Shown here in pieces: positions 13,101 to 24,500 of a stretch of 64,000 nucleotides of DNA. Under the pieces are notes generated by a model. That model saw only the letters and a list, made by a program, of their open reading frames with translations, did no database searches and was not told the DNA's origin. Within the stretch, counting starts at the first letter, position 1. Each line of letters starts with the position of its first letter. The translations under genes were made by a program, and so were the position numbers. This DNA is from Peribolospora baueri (Eukaryota): NCBI GenBank assembly GCA_029717555.1, contig JAMDHS010000052.1:1-64000 (forward strand). The letters are read 5' to 3'.

Positions 13101-13420
13101 GACCAAGCGAAATAATCCGGCCTAGGTCAATGGAGAAACCTTCTTTTGACTTCGACGATCCATGACCTCCTGCCCCCGCAAGGAGCAGCCTCTCCACCAC
13201 CTGTTTGGCCTTTTCAGACAAGTTGCGCAGCTCGTCCTTGGTGCAGAAGGCGATGTGAAATGCGTCCTTGACGGCGTCGTTCCGCTTGACTGGGACGTTG
13301 TGTGGTACTGGCGGCAGGTGCTCGTTGGGCGATGGAGTCGATGAAGGGCCTTGTAAGGGCTAGATAGCCGCGTGTGCGCACTAAACGGAAAGAAGAAGAG
13401 TCTGAAGGAGGTGACGACAT
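10109..13420 (-). pseudogene. Multidomain RNA-repair enzyme: 2H phosphoesterase - CX5R phosphatase - P-loop kinase - RNA ligase; frame-disrupted
   Basis: FHIAF/FHITI pair; HCGGGKG^RAG split by an intron; GLPGSGKT...IILDRVN; KFPRTPH, EEKVDGAN, FGEW, EGVYIR and RAKIVRGDF. Several frame changes and an in-frame TAA at 11602-11604. Confidence 0.85.
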
Positions 13421-13972
13421 GATCGGATGACCAGCTATTGATCTGAATTGGGTTATGAAAGGCGTTGGTGGCAAATGGAAGAAAGAGAAAAAGAAATAAG
13501 AAAAGGGCCGAAGTGCTTTGTCCGTGTGAAGATGCTACCGAATTTGTATGCGGTGAGGAAACCAGAACGATGGAGTCTGTCACAGAACAGAGTTTATATA
13601 GGCGGGCACGGAGTCAAACTCGATGCCGAGAAATTGAGAGTAAGAGACGGAAGTCGGATGAGTCGGCTCGACCTTATTGAACGCGAAATGAAGCAGTCTC
13701 CTGGGAGCAGGACTCGTCGAGATTAAGAGGGATTTTTAATGGCGATGGACCAGAATGGCGGTGCGCAGAGTCAGAATCATGATCATGTCTGTCATCGCAA
13801 GTTGTGACGAAATTTGGTGGGTGTGGAAACGGAAACGACGGATAACGACTCATGTCAAGTGGGTTATGGCTGTTGCTGCGAAATGACTCGAAGAGTGGAC
13901 CATGCGAAGGAAGCACCACTGACGGACAAATGCCAGAAATTGACTCGCGCGAGGGAAGGTAGGCTCGACAGG

Positions 13973-14265
13973 GTTAAGTATAATACCTAAAAATTTCTAT
14001 ATTTACATTCTTGTTAGAAATACAAGCAGGTATCCAAGGAAACTTAGAATCAATATCATTATTATTCCTTGATAGTACATTTAATGTACGGAAAAACTTG
14101 TTATTAATTGCTTCATTATTCTCATTAATTATTGGTACTGAGTAGGATTAGCTCAATATAGAATTAAACGATTATTCGCTTATTCAACTATAAGTCATGT
14201 AGGATTTTTATTATTAGCATTAGCTATTAATTCTGAAGAATCAATTGAATCTTTCTTATTCTACA
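13973..14265 (+). pseudogene. nad2: NUMT: fragment of mitochondrial nad2
   Basis: Abrupt AT-rich island reading IIPKISIF...[47 protein letters not shown], with two 1-nt indels. Confidence 0.9.
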
Positions 14266-15257
14266 GCGGCTTGAGCCGAGCACCGTGCCGTTGTGAGTGT
14301 CCCTACTATAACGGAACAAGTCAGGTGACTCGTCTTCGCGTCGCGCTGGCGCTGTTGTATATAGGCGTGGAACGAGCAGAGCGGTCGAGCGCCTCTAGGT
14401 GGCGCGACGGGGAGCGACGGTACAGACGCGATCATCACAGCGACCACGAGAATGCGCGAAACTTTTCCCAGGAGGACAGTAGGCGTCACGGTTCGTCTCG
14501 GGAGAGGGTAGAGCCGATGGCGAGTGAGGACAAGACGCGCGAGCGGACACGATTTAATTCGAAACGAGAGCGAGGGACGACGACAGAGAAGCGGTCCAGC
14601 AGGGAGAGCAGCATCGTGACCCACATGACAATATTTGATCCGCAGGCCGCAACTGTCCCAATCTCGTCACCTCCTGGCCCTTCTTCGTATATCATTGCTC
14701 AAAGCCGCCCTCTAATCTGTCCTTGCCTCAATCAGATGCAGCTGATTTGAACGACGGCGGAAGACGCAGCAGCCACCTATCATCCGAATGTAAATGTTGT
14801 CGCCGCTCAAAGTGAGGTGCCGGGGCCGGTTATAAGTCATCCCTGAAAAGCAAGCAGATCTTTTATGACAACGCATGGTGTTTCGCCATGTTCATTGCCT
14901 CTGCTTCTCTCTCTGTGTTCTTTCCAACACTGCAGCAAGCAGACCTCGAGAGGGCCTTTCAGGCGACGTCCGCTGAGGTTTCGGACTTGACACATGAATA
15001 GCCGTTCTCGTGCCCTGGCAACAGCACATCGTCCTGAAATCACTCAAGATTGCCTGACAAGGTCTTCTGGGCGAAAACAACTAGCCTCTGTGGCGGATGA
15101 CTTTCACTTGGTTGACTAGTCTCGCTCCTGCCGCATCGCACCTCCTCCCTTATGACCCTGACGAGGGCGTCGTATGACCGACACCAAGAGACCGCCTTTA
15201 GCACCAGCCGGGAAATCAAAAATATTTGCCAACTGCTCGTCACATACGTTAAGCCAT

Positions 15258-15960
15258 CTAAGATGGATTGACAAGGTGTTCTACTCCCTCTGTGAGACTG
15301 CCACGAGTTCGAAGCACGTTCTCCAGGTCCCTGAGGCTCTCAGCCCTGCGCGGGTGCCCCTCGGGCGTCAGTTCGACCGCTCGCCGCCGTGTCGAGATAC
15401 AAGCCTCCAGGTCGTCTACGTCCCCGAGGCGCTGGAAGCGTGCTACTAGCGCGGTACCCAAGTCATCGAGACACCTGGCCCGGTCCGGGTGCCCCTCCGG
15501 CGTCAGGTCCACCGCTTGCCGCAGGATCGAGATCGAAGCCTCGAGGTCGTCTACGTCCCCGAGGCGTTCGAAGCGTGTTTGTAGCGCGTTGCCCAGGTTG
15601 CTGAGCGACCTGGCCCGGTACGCGTGCCCCTCGGGTGTCAGGTCGACCGCTTGCCGCCACATCGAGATACACGCCTCGAGGTCGTCTACGTCCCCGAGGC
15701 GTTCGAAGCGTGTTTGTAGCGTGTTGCCCAAGTTGCTGAGCCACCTGGCCCGGTCCGGGTGCCCCTCCGGCGTCAGGTCCACCGCTTGCCGCAGGATCGA
15801 GATAGAAGCCTCGAGGTCGTCTACGTCCCCGAGGCGTTCGAAGCGTCTTTGTAGCGCGTTGCCCAAGTTGTTGAGCAACGTGGCCCGGTACGGGTGCCCC
15901 TCGGGTGTCAGGTCGACCGCTTGCCGCCGCATCGAGATACACGCCTCGAGGTCGTCTACG
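15258..15960 (-). repeat. Coding tandem array of ~5 x 135-bp (45-aa) TPR-like repeats
   Basis: Unit RQAVDLTPEGHPDRARxLxNLGNxLQTRFERLGDVDDLEAxIS, the repeat type found in fungal TPR-CHAT proteins; no CHAT domain follows. Confidence 0.85.
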
Positions 15961-15963
15961 CAC

Positions 15964-16320
15964 CTGGCTTCTGGCCATCAGCACCTTCCACGCAAACCAG
16001 ACGATCGCCGCACAGAGGCCCGCTAAGAAGACTTGGGATGGCGAAAAGGGACAAGGGAAACGAAAAGAAAAACAACAAGAAGAAATTTCAGCATTGTCAG
16101 CTCGAGTCGACGCTCGCCAAAAGGCGCCGACGAACACGGCGCAAAACAGGGAGCCCCGAACTTACGCTCATACTTCCTCTTCCTCTTCTACAGCCTCTGG
16201 GCATTCTGCTTGAGTCTCTCTTCAAAGATGAGCAAGTCCCGGTATGTCTGCTGGTCGGCTGGGGGGGCGAAAGACTCTGCGGAAGAGGAAGTGCGATGGG
16301 AGTAGGGCGAGTGACCTCGC
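15964..16320 (-). pseudogene. SPO7: Spo7-like 5' gene fragment (two exons)
   Basis: SFAPPADQQTYRDLLIFEERLKQNAQRL*KRKRKYE, intron 16165-16032, then a TM exon FLAGLCAAIVWFAWKVL; premature TAG at 16188-16190. Confidence 0.7.
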
Positions 16321-16578
16321 TTTGAAGAGTTGTTCGCCAATGTCGAGCACGCGCGCGAGCTATCGGAGAGGGAGTGTGTGGCTCGAGGAAGGAAAGGGTG
16401 GCAGCCGATGGTGGCAGGGCAGTTGGACGAGGTGCTGAGGCGATACCCGGAGATCGAGGGCTCTCCCGTGCTGAAGGAGGTGAGGGCGTCGTTGGAAGAG
16501 GAGACGGAGGTGGACTGAAGAAGCGGGGACTCGAGTGAGTAATGTAGACATTGGCATTTTACCTGTCGGTCGCAGGCG

Positions 16579-17512
16579 ATGGCAGGTATAGAGAGACGGA
16601 TTATACTCGAATGGATGTATATCTATCTACCTCCAGCGCCAAAGCGATCACGAGACGAGGATGATCAGTCTGGGCCAACTGGGACAGGTCGCAAAGCACA
16701 GAAGAGGGACTCCTCTCGGACCGCTGCAAGCTCGACCAGGGTTGGTCGCGTTCGAGCCTTCGTCGCGCTCGAGCGCGAAGACGAGGAGACGGGGATGCAT
16801 CGCGCGTCGGTCGCAGATCTGCAAGCCATTAGCAGCGACCCGTCGCTCGCGGTCGCAGTTGGGAGAATGTCCCTGATTTTCGAGGCGACTGCGAGCGGGC
16901 CGGGGCTCGATGGAAAGAAGATGGCCATCAAGGTCAGGAGGCCTCTGGGCGGCGCGCCGACATGGTGGGACGACTTTGAGCAAGGGGCATATGAGGACAT
17001 AATCCTGGAATCACCGGCTGTTTTCCAGAACGAGGTGAATAATTACCATCGCTTGAGAAACTTCCAGGGATCATCCTTCTGCGGCTCTGTGAGTTCTTGG
17101 TCTTTCTCCGTTTCATCGCCACGTCCTAGTCTTTCCCGCGAGACTTCCGTTTGACCACTAGTCTCCTTCTCCTTCCCTTTGCAGATGGACACGGGCGCCT
17201 GGACAGTGGTCAGCCGCACCTGGTACTGGAACATGTCGTCTACCCTGAATAACCTCACCATCCCGTCCTCGATCTGCCATCTGTTAACAGATTTTGAGCC
17301 TGTACGATGAGCTGTACTCAGAGGGCTGGATGCACGGAGACATGAGCCCGTCGAACGTGCTGCAGCAGTACACAGGTCGAAAAGGCGCATACGACTTGAG
17401 CCGATTCCGGCTTGTCGACCTCGAGCGGGCCTACAAGGCGACGGAGGACAGAAATCCAAAAGGAGGATCACGCAGTGCAGCACACGCTCGACCAGATCTT
17501 GGTCCCCTTTGA
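16579..17512 (+). pseudogene. Protein kinase-like remnant
   Basis: MAIKV, FQNEVNNYHRL, HLVLEH, WMHGDMSPSNVL and RLVDLERA in kinase order; broken by a stop and frameshift near 17250. Confidence 0.6.
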
Positions 17513-17936
17513 TTACTGACCATGTCAGGTGGGACGAGAACTTTGATGAAGCTCTGGGCCAACGCTCGACTTCGAATGCGACTGCCTACTCCATCTACGT
17601 CTTTCGACGCGCCGTTCAACCCTCCACGATCGTTTCCCCTCCTCCGGCTGCCGTCCCTGATGTCGTCCCGCGCTCACATCGAGGAGCAACGGGCACGAAG
17701 TGCAGAAGGCCAACTGGCCTCCCAACCCCAGCGCGCGACGAGGTCGCGCTGGGAAGAACGAGGGCGAACGAGCGGCGTCCCTCCGGCGTCTGCAATTCCT
17801 CTCCCTGTCCGCCCAAACCTGGCCCATCACCACTTCCTGCACCCGCCGCTGCACCCGCACAACTAGCTCATCCACCGCCCACATCGACAGTCGTCCCCTG
17901 AAGTGCGCTACCCATATCTGACTGACGCTTCCTCGA

Positions 17937-18199
17937 GAGCACCGGACGTTCCCCATCGATGTCTTCCTTCTGCACCGCAACATCTCCTTGCTCTTCTTTC
18001 AGGCCGTCATGGGCGGCGCCGTCGCCCTCGCTCCGTCCTACTTCCTTCCCATCTTCTTCGAGTGGCTGCGTGTGAGTACACAAGCTTCACCCTTCTCGCC
18101 TCCCGACGCTCCTCTCATGTCCCGTCTCGTACTTCAGGGAGACTCGCCAATCAGGCCGCCGTCCAATTGCTACCGTTCATCGTCTTCGGCACCGTATGA
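17937..18199 (+). pseudogene. Internal fragment of a DHA2-type MFS transporter
   Basis: RTFPIDVFLLHRNISLLFFQAVMGGAVALAPSYFLPIFFEWLR, an intron, then GDSP/QAAVQLLPFIV with a 1-nt deletion. Confidence 0.6.
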
Positions 18200-18569
18200 C
18201 GATTTCAGAATGGATCAGAGCTCGCGCGGCTCGATGTCCTGCCCATCTGCCGAGGCGATGACCATGCGGTCGGGGGAGGCGGGAGAGGGGATTCTGGAGG
18301 CGAAAGAGGAGACCGAAGAGGAAGGGAGAGACCACGAGGGGGCTGCGACGTGGAGGGGAAGACGGCGTCAAGGGAAGCCAGACTCACAGAGGACCACTGC
18401 AAAGACTCCCTCCGTCGTCTCGTCACCTCGTCGTCGGCCCTTAGACGGACCATGATCACAGGCTTCTTCGAAGGTATCGCACCGCTACAGGCGTCGAATA
18501 TAGGAGTTAATTAATAAACTTTGCATGCAAGAAAGCTTTTTCATTTTCATAAAGTTGATGAGCCGAAAA

Positions 18570-21500
18570 CCGATTAACCCTAGCAACCAATAGTACCTGT
18601 GAGGTCGGCCGCAGGTCGACCCAACCACTGGCGTCCAGTCGGTCTGACGCGGAAAACAAGAAAGAGTGAAACGAGTGGACGAGAAATGTACGAATGTCTC
18701 GACTGAACAATTTTTTGACCGCACATGATGAATGGAAGGGAAGACAGGAGCGAGTGATAATTCGTCACGATCCTCTGGCAGCAGACGTTTAGCCAGCGAA
18801 CGGATGCCTGCTCGGATACCGAACTTTATGAGTGCCGTCTTCGGCAGCGGGGCCATTCCCGAAAATGGCTTCTCCCACTTGGTAATCGTGGCCATAGGTG
18901 GAGGCCTCGATATCGGCCGCACGGGCGAAATGAGAGTGAGCTGGTTGGGGCGACGCGATGTGGTCATCGGGGTGAGATCCGTCCAGCGGTATCTGGGAAC
19001 CCTCGGATCCAGCTTTGGTACCACCGGCATTGGACAGCGACGCCATGTCGACGTCGTCGTGTCGCTCGTACCCGTAACCGTCCCTAAACGTCCCGATGGA
19101 AAGCAAGGGCAAAGCCGTGAGTCGACTGTGGGCGTGGCGGCCGTTGCCTGTCACAAGCGTGACGGAGCTCGGCTCCGGACCTCACCTACGAACGACCTTG
19201 CTCAATGTGATCCTAACGCCGCCGTCGCCAACGGGGCTGCTGCGGCCGCCGTCTTGAGGTCGACTGGGTTGCCTACCGGTCCCATCGTGTGCAACGGGGC
19301 CGACTGCGGATTGACCTGGTGAAGACACAAAGTGTGGCGTATGTCAGCCTTTGAATGCGCCCGTGGCGTGGGAGGAAAACTCACCTTCGGTCCATCCCTG
19401 TATCCAAGAGTAGTCGTGGAATTAGAAAGAAGGGGAATCAGATCAGCGCCGTTCGTTGTCGCCCGATCGAATGGTTTGCCGCATCTCGTCAGGTCCTTAC
19501 GTTCCAGAACCTCCCCTTCTCGGAGGTGGCGAACCAGCCCTGGCCATCCCGAACGGCGCCAGTAGAGAGATCCCTGAAGAGGAAAAAAGTCACGTAGCGC
19601 AAAGCGGACGGGGTATCAGCAACATTGCTCCGTCATCTTCCAGCAAGCTAAAAGGAGGCGGACTAGCTCACCGGAAGGCGGTACACGCCACTATTGACCC
19701 GACAATACAGCGAGGTCAGCCTGTGCAAAACAAGATGAAAATTGGCTCGGCGGTGACTCACTGATGGAGCTGGAAGAGTAGCAGGAACGGAAAAGATTCA
19801 TGATTGGTCAAGCGACTGCCATGCATGACGCAAACGCCTGAATGCGAGGCCCACTTACGCGAAGGTGGCAGCGGCGATCGAGTTGATGAAGTGCATCACT
19901 ACGTTTACGTTCGCCCAAATGAGCACGAGGTTTACAGTGTTGAAGATGACGTTGACGCTGCCGTCGCCGGAAAGAAAGGGGAAGGGCGCCGTTGGCGAGT
20001 GTGAGCCGAAGGAGGCAAGTTCCTTCCTGATGCCCGACTCTTGCGGGATCCTTACATGAAATAGGAAAGACCTTGCTGGAACAAGACCGTGCTAATGTTT
20101 GAGGGGTTGGCAATGTTGCTTTGCACTTTGAAGAGCTGTGAGATGGCCGAAAGATGGAGATGAATGACCCTGGCAAGCCGGTCTGGTCTCTAGCTGCCGT
20201 GCCTCGCTTACCTTGTACGCCGTCAGGGACAGAGTGGCGACGTCGATGACTATTTTTTTCGAAACCATGGGATCCAAGGGAATCGAGTGTTAAGGTCGTA
20301 TGGCATGAACGTATGTGTATGAACCGATGTTATCTCCGTCGTACCTTCGGTCACGACATACGGTGCGCTGAAGTACTGGAAGACATGGACGGGTATACAA
20401 CCCTGCACATGGGATGTGGGAGGACACGAACCGTTAGAAAGATGGCCGAGCGGGCGGTCTGATTGAGCCAAGGACAGGAGCGGTGCTTACTTGGCCAATT
20501 CCGGCCCATACGTTGATGATGGATGTGCAGTTATGGGACCAGGTGGCGACTAGGCCCACCCACAACACGCCGAGAAGGATGATGACCCAGAGACGTCGGC
20601 CCCAGACAGCGATCTGAATGGCGGTCATCCACGTTGGCGTGGAAAAGAAAGAAGGGGCGCCGTAAGTAAACGGACTCCGCCATGGCAATCAAGGGAAATG
20701 TGGACACACCGTGCGCAGCACGAAGATGGCAGCCGACATGTAGACCGAGGCGCCGCCGAAAAGGGTTAGGGTGACGATGAGAGCTTTACAGTCCAAATAG
20801 GTGTCTGTCACGTTGTTGGTGATGATGCTACGGGGTGGGGAAGTAAAAGAGAACGGGGGGTGGGGAAGTAAAAGAGAAGGATGGCGGTGAGGACGGAAGG
20901 GGAGAGCAGGACCGCATTAAGGACTCACACTGGAATGAGGGTACCGAACGCGCAAAGGCGGCTGCCCAAGTAGAATATCATGGGCCACCTGAACTTGATC
21001 TGTCCGGTGACGATCTTGAAATCGTACCAGGACTGCGAGGGCGGCAGGAAGGGAAGACGACATGAGTCAGATTAAGAATAAGCGAGCAGAGGGCATGGGA
21101 ACGAACGCTCACGGAAAGGATAAAGTCCCAGGTGCTGGAGAAGCAGACACGAGGAATATAAAGGTTGGTGAGGATGCTCGCCCATCTTGACGCCACGGCG
21201 ACGACGTCGAAAGGCACTCACAACACTCCCAAGAGAACAAACAAATAGGCCTGGTCTGGCGAATTGGAGAAAGGAAAGCATGGAGCGAAGGGTGAGCGCC
21301 GTCGGTTGACGAGGCGACGGGAGCGAACGAACGAAGCGGATGTGTGGGTGGTCTGATGGGCTTGGGTGCAGCGGTGGAGACACACTCACAGACTTTTTCG
21401 TCGATAGCGATCTGCTTTGGATCGTTCCAGTCCACCCTCGGGGCCAGGGAGACCATGGTGGCGGAGGACGGGTGGCCCGACGACATGTGTCCGAGTGGGT

Positions 21501-24500
21501 TCGAGAATGTCAAGATGTCCTCAAGGCCGGCTGGACGGGGAAGCAGGCGACGCCTCCAAAAGGAGAGTGCGTGACGACGGGGCGAGGGCGATTGCGAGGG
21601 GATGGGAGGACTTCCATGATGCTTGTTCGCCGCTGGGTGGGGCTATTTTGTAGGTTGGGAAGGAGTCTGGGACGGGTTTGGGTGATGATTTGCGCTGATG
21701 GGAGGGAGATGGGATGGAATGGGAAGGCCTTGTAGTCAAGGGAAGCGAGACGCAGAAGGGAAGCGACGCGCAGACAGAGACAGACGATGATGATGATGGC
21801 GCGTGGGTCGCCTGCATGAGCCTCGCTCGCCTCGCCTCGTGCCCGGACCTCGCACACAACACGCTTGCATGCGCTCACATGCTATATGCTATGCTATGTA
21901 TGGGCAGCAACTACAGCCGGCTTGCATTCGCTCGCTGCCTTCACGCATCCCTGTCGGCCGTCGTTAGCGACTACGTCCATCTGCTTTCCATCTTGCATTG
22001 CGGCCTAGGCGTAGCTAGGCAAGCCTGCGAGGCGCACGGCAGTGAGCGGTGGCTTTCCGCGCATGTACCTGCCATAGGCCGGGCGATGATCACAGTCAGC
22101 CTACGACCTCCCCGCGGACCTCCCCGCAAAAAAGCGAGGTGGAAGGAAAACAACTCCCTATCGACCAGATCAGATCAGCGGCGCACGAACAAGCGAGCAG
22201 CTGCGAGCCCAAATCTCGGATGTACGACCATAGCGTCGGCGACTCGTCCTAGCCGGTTGCAGGAGCGAGACGGTGGCATGGCAGCAGCGGGATCGTTCTA
22301 GGCGGGGCCCCGGTATGGACCAGAGCGCCAGATCTGGAAATCAGACGGCTCCCTGGGACCTTTTCTTTGTTTTTTCCTTCTTCTCTCCGGTCGTCATAGA
22401 GATCAGCGGGACGAACAACATACGAGGGTCGGACGCAGAGGGAGAGAGACCTGGGCGGGGGCAAAGTGCGCGGCTGCACTGCGGCGATGGGAAAGCAGAT
22501 GCGAAGAGAAAGATCCGTCTGTCTCATCTTCCCCGACGACGCCTCCGAAGCCTCCCCGCAAGCATGCAAAACATGTGGAGGCATTCATTTAGATTAGTAA
22601 GCTAGAGGGCGCAGGGCTGAGAGGCCAGCAAGAGCCGAATGACCCTCGTAGAGGTGAGGCTAGGAGGGGAAGGAAGGCAGGGCAGGACGGCAAGACAAGG
22701 CCGAGCGCAACGCCTTCGCATACTGCGCCAGATCCGAGGCGAACCACCATCTAACACGGGAAAGGGACGCCTCAAATAAGCAGCGGTGCACATGCACCAG
22801 AACTGCTGCACCTTTTCTAGTCCACGTCCGACGCGACGTGCACGTCGACGTTGTACGTTCCCCTTCGTCCGTCCCACTGACTCGCTCCATCGCCATCGCT
22901 GTCTTTTCATGCGCCGTCGTCGGCCCGACGGCCGTCCTCTTTGCTTGTCTTCGGTCGTGTGAGGAGTACACGGACGACGAGGCAGAGGCAGAGGCAGATA
23001 GATGAGCGCTCCTCGACGCAGGAGCGCTCGACATGACACAGACGAAAAGACGGCTACAAGCGCTTCGACGACGGCGAGACGGAGGACTAAGACGTGGTGA
23101 ACTGGCAGTGGCCAATGGCCCGGGCAAGGTCGGTTGGGAGCAGGGCCAGGGCAGTCTTGGTGACCAGGCGGGAGGGACCGGGGAGGTGAGCGGCGGGAGA
23201 GCGGAGGTCGACGGTATATGCAATTCATCGTACGTGCACTTCATCGTACCGGTTTAAATTGAAGGGGGTCGATCACATCCGCCTCTCACGCTCCAAACTT
23301 CCACCTTCTCTTGACATTCTCTTCCTCTCTGCATTTTTCCCCTTTCCCTCCCTCGGCCATTAGTCGCATGTGAGTGACAAAAACATGCTAAGAAATCCAC
23401 AGGGCCTCGTTTTAGAAAACACCTGAAAAGCTTCATGTGTGGCCACGGAAGCCAATTCCGCCCCTGCCTCGGCCCCTGCCTCGGCCGCGACTGCTAACGC
23501 TGCGAGGCGCGAACCCTTGTCCCCCCCCTTTACTCTTCCCGGCAACCACCAATTCGTACGGAGCGACCGTGAGAGTCACACTGTCGTCGTAGGCGATATT
23601 TGAGCGCAAGAGAAGCTTGCCCAAGTCCTGCGGTGCGGAGACAGGGCAAATATACCATTAATGAGAAAAAAAAAAACCTGTTGGTAGAAAAAGGAGTCGC
23701 GACCGAAACGCGGCCTCCGTCTGTCTTCCGAAAGCTCACCGCCACATTTTCGAAGACGACACGAGCTTCGCCTTGCTTCGGGCCACCCCCTCCATCAGCG
23801 CTACCCATCTCGATAGCCTTTACTGCCCCAAGCCTCGTTGCCTTTTCCACTACCTGCTGTAGCTTCGCCTCCTGCGCCTCAGCGGGAAGACCGGACACCA
23901 ATGCCGTCCTGCCTCGGGCATCCATGCGAGAGCTCTGGCCCGACCCTGAGGGTCCCCCTTCCGCTTTCTGCGCCTTCGCCGCTTTCGCATGGGGGTCCGT
24001 AACTGTGACGGACATTATACGCTTCTTGAGTTGAGTGTTGTGTAGCTCACGCATGGCAAGCTGTGCTTCGTTCTGGCGTTCCGAAAGCCGGAGAAGAGGT
24101 CAGCTTGCAATGAAAGCTTCACACCCTCAGGAATGGGTGGTATTCACCTCATCCTCAAAATCCACCCATGCGAATCCCTTGCATGTCGCATCCGCGTTCA
24201 GTGCCACGCGCACGTCCTTGACCCTGCCGTACTGCCGTTCCAAACTTTTTTCAGCATTGCGCTCGTCGACACATTGCAGCAAGCACGCGAACTCGAGGTC
24301 TACTCCACGCTGGACTCGTAACTCACTTTCCCGAACAGAATTTCCAGGTCCTCCTTTTTGACAAAGCGGCTCAGGCCCTGGACGAACAGCTCTCGCTCGT
24401 CTAACTTGGCATCTGAGCGCTGTTGCTTCCTTTCCGGGTCTGATATCCGCACGATGAGTGAGCGTCCTGGAGCCACCTCGACGCCATCAAGTTCCAGAGC

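Noticed and set aside
15258..15960. CRISPR-like array
   Set aside because: Contiguous in-frame 135-bp coding repeats without unique spacers, in eukaryotic DNA.
15268..16026. 252-aa antisense ORF over the TPR array
   Set aside because: Shadow of a stop-free GC-rich repeat; Arg/Ser-rich with no recognisable family.
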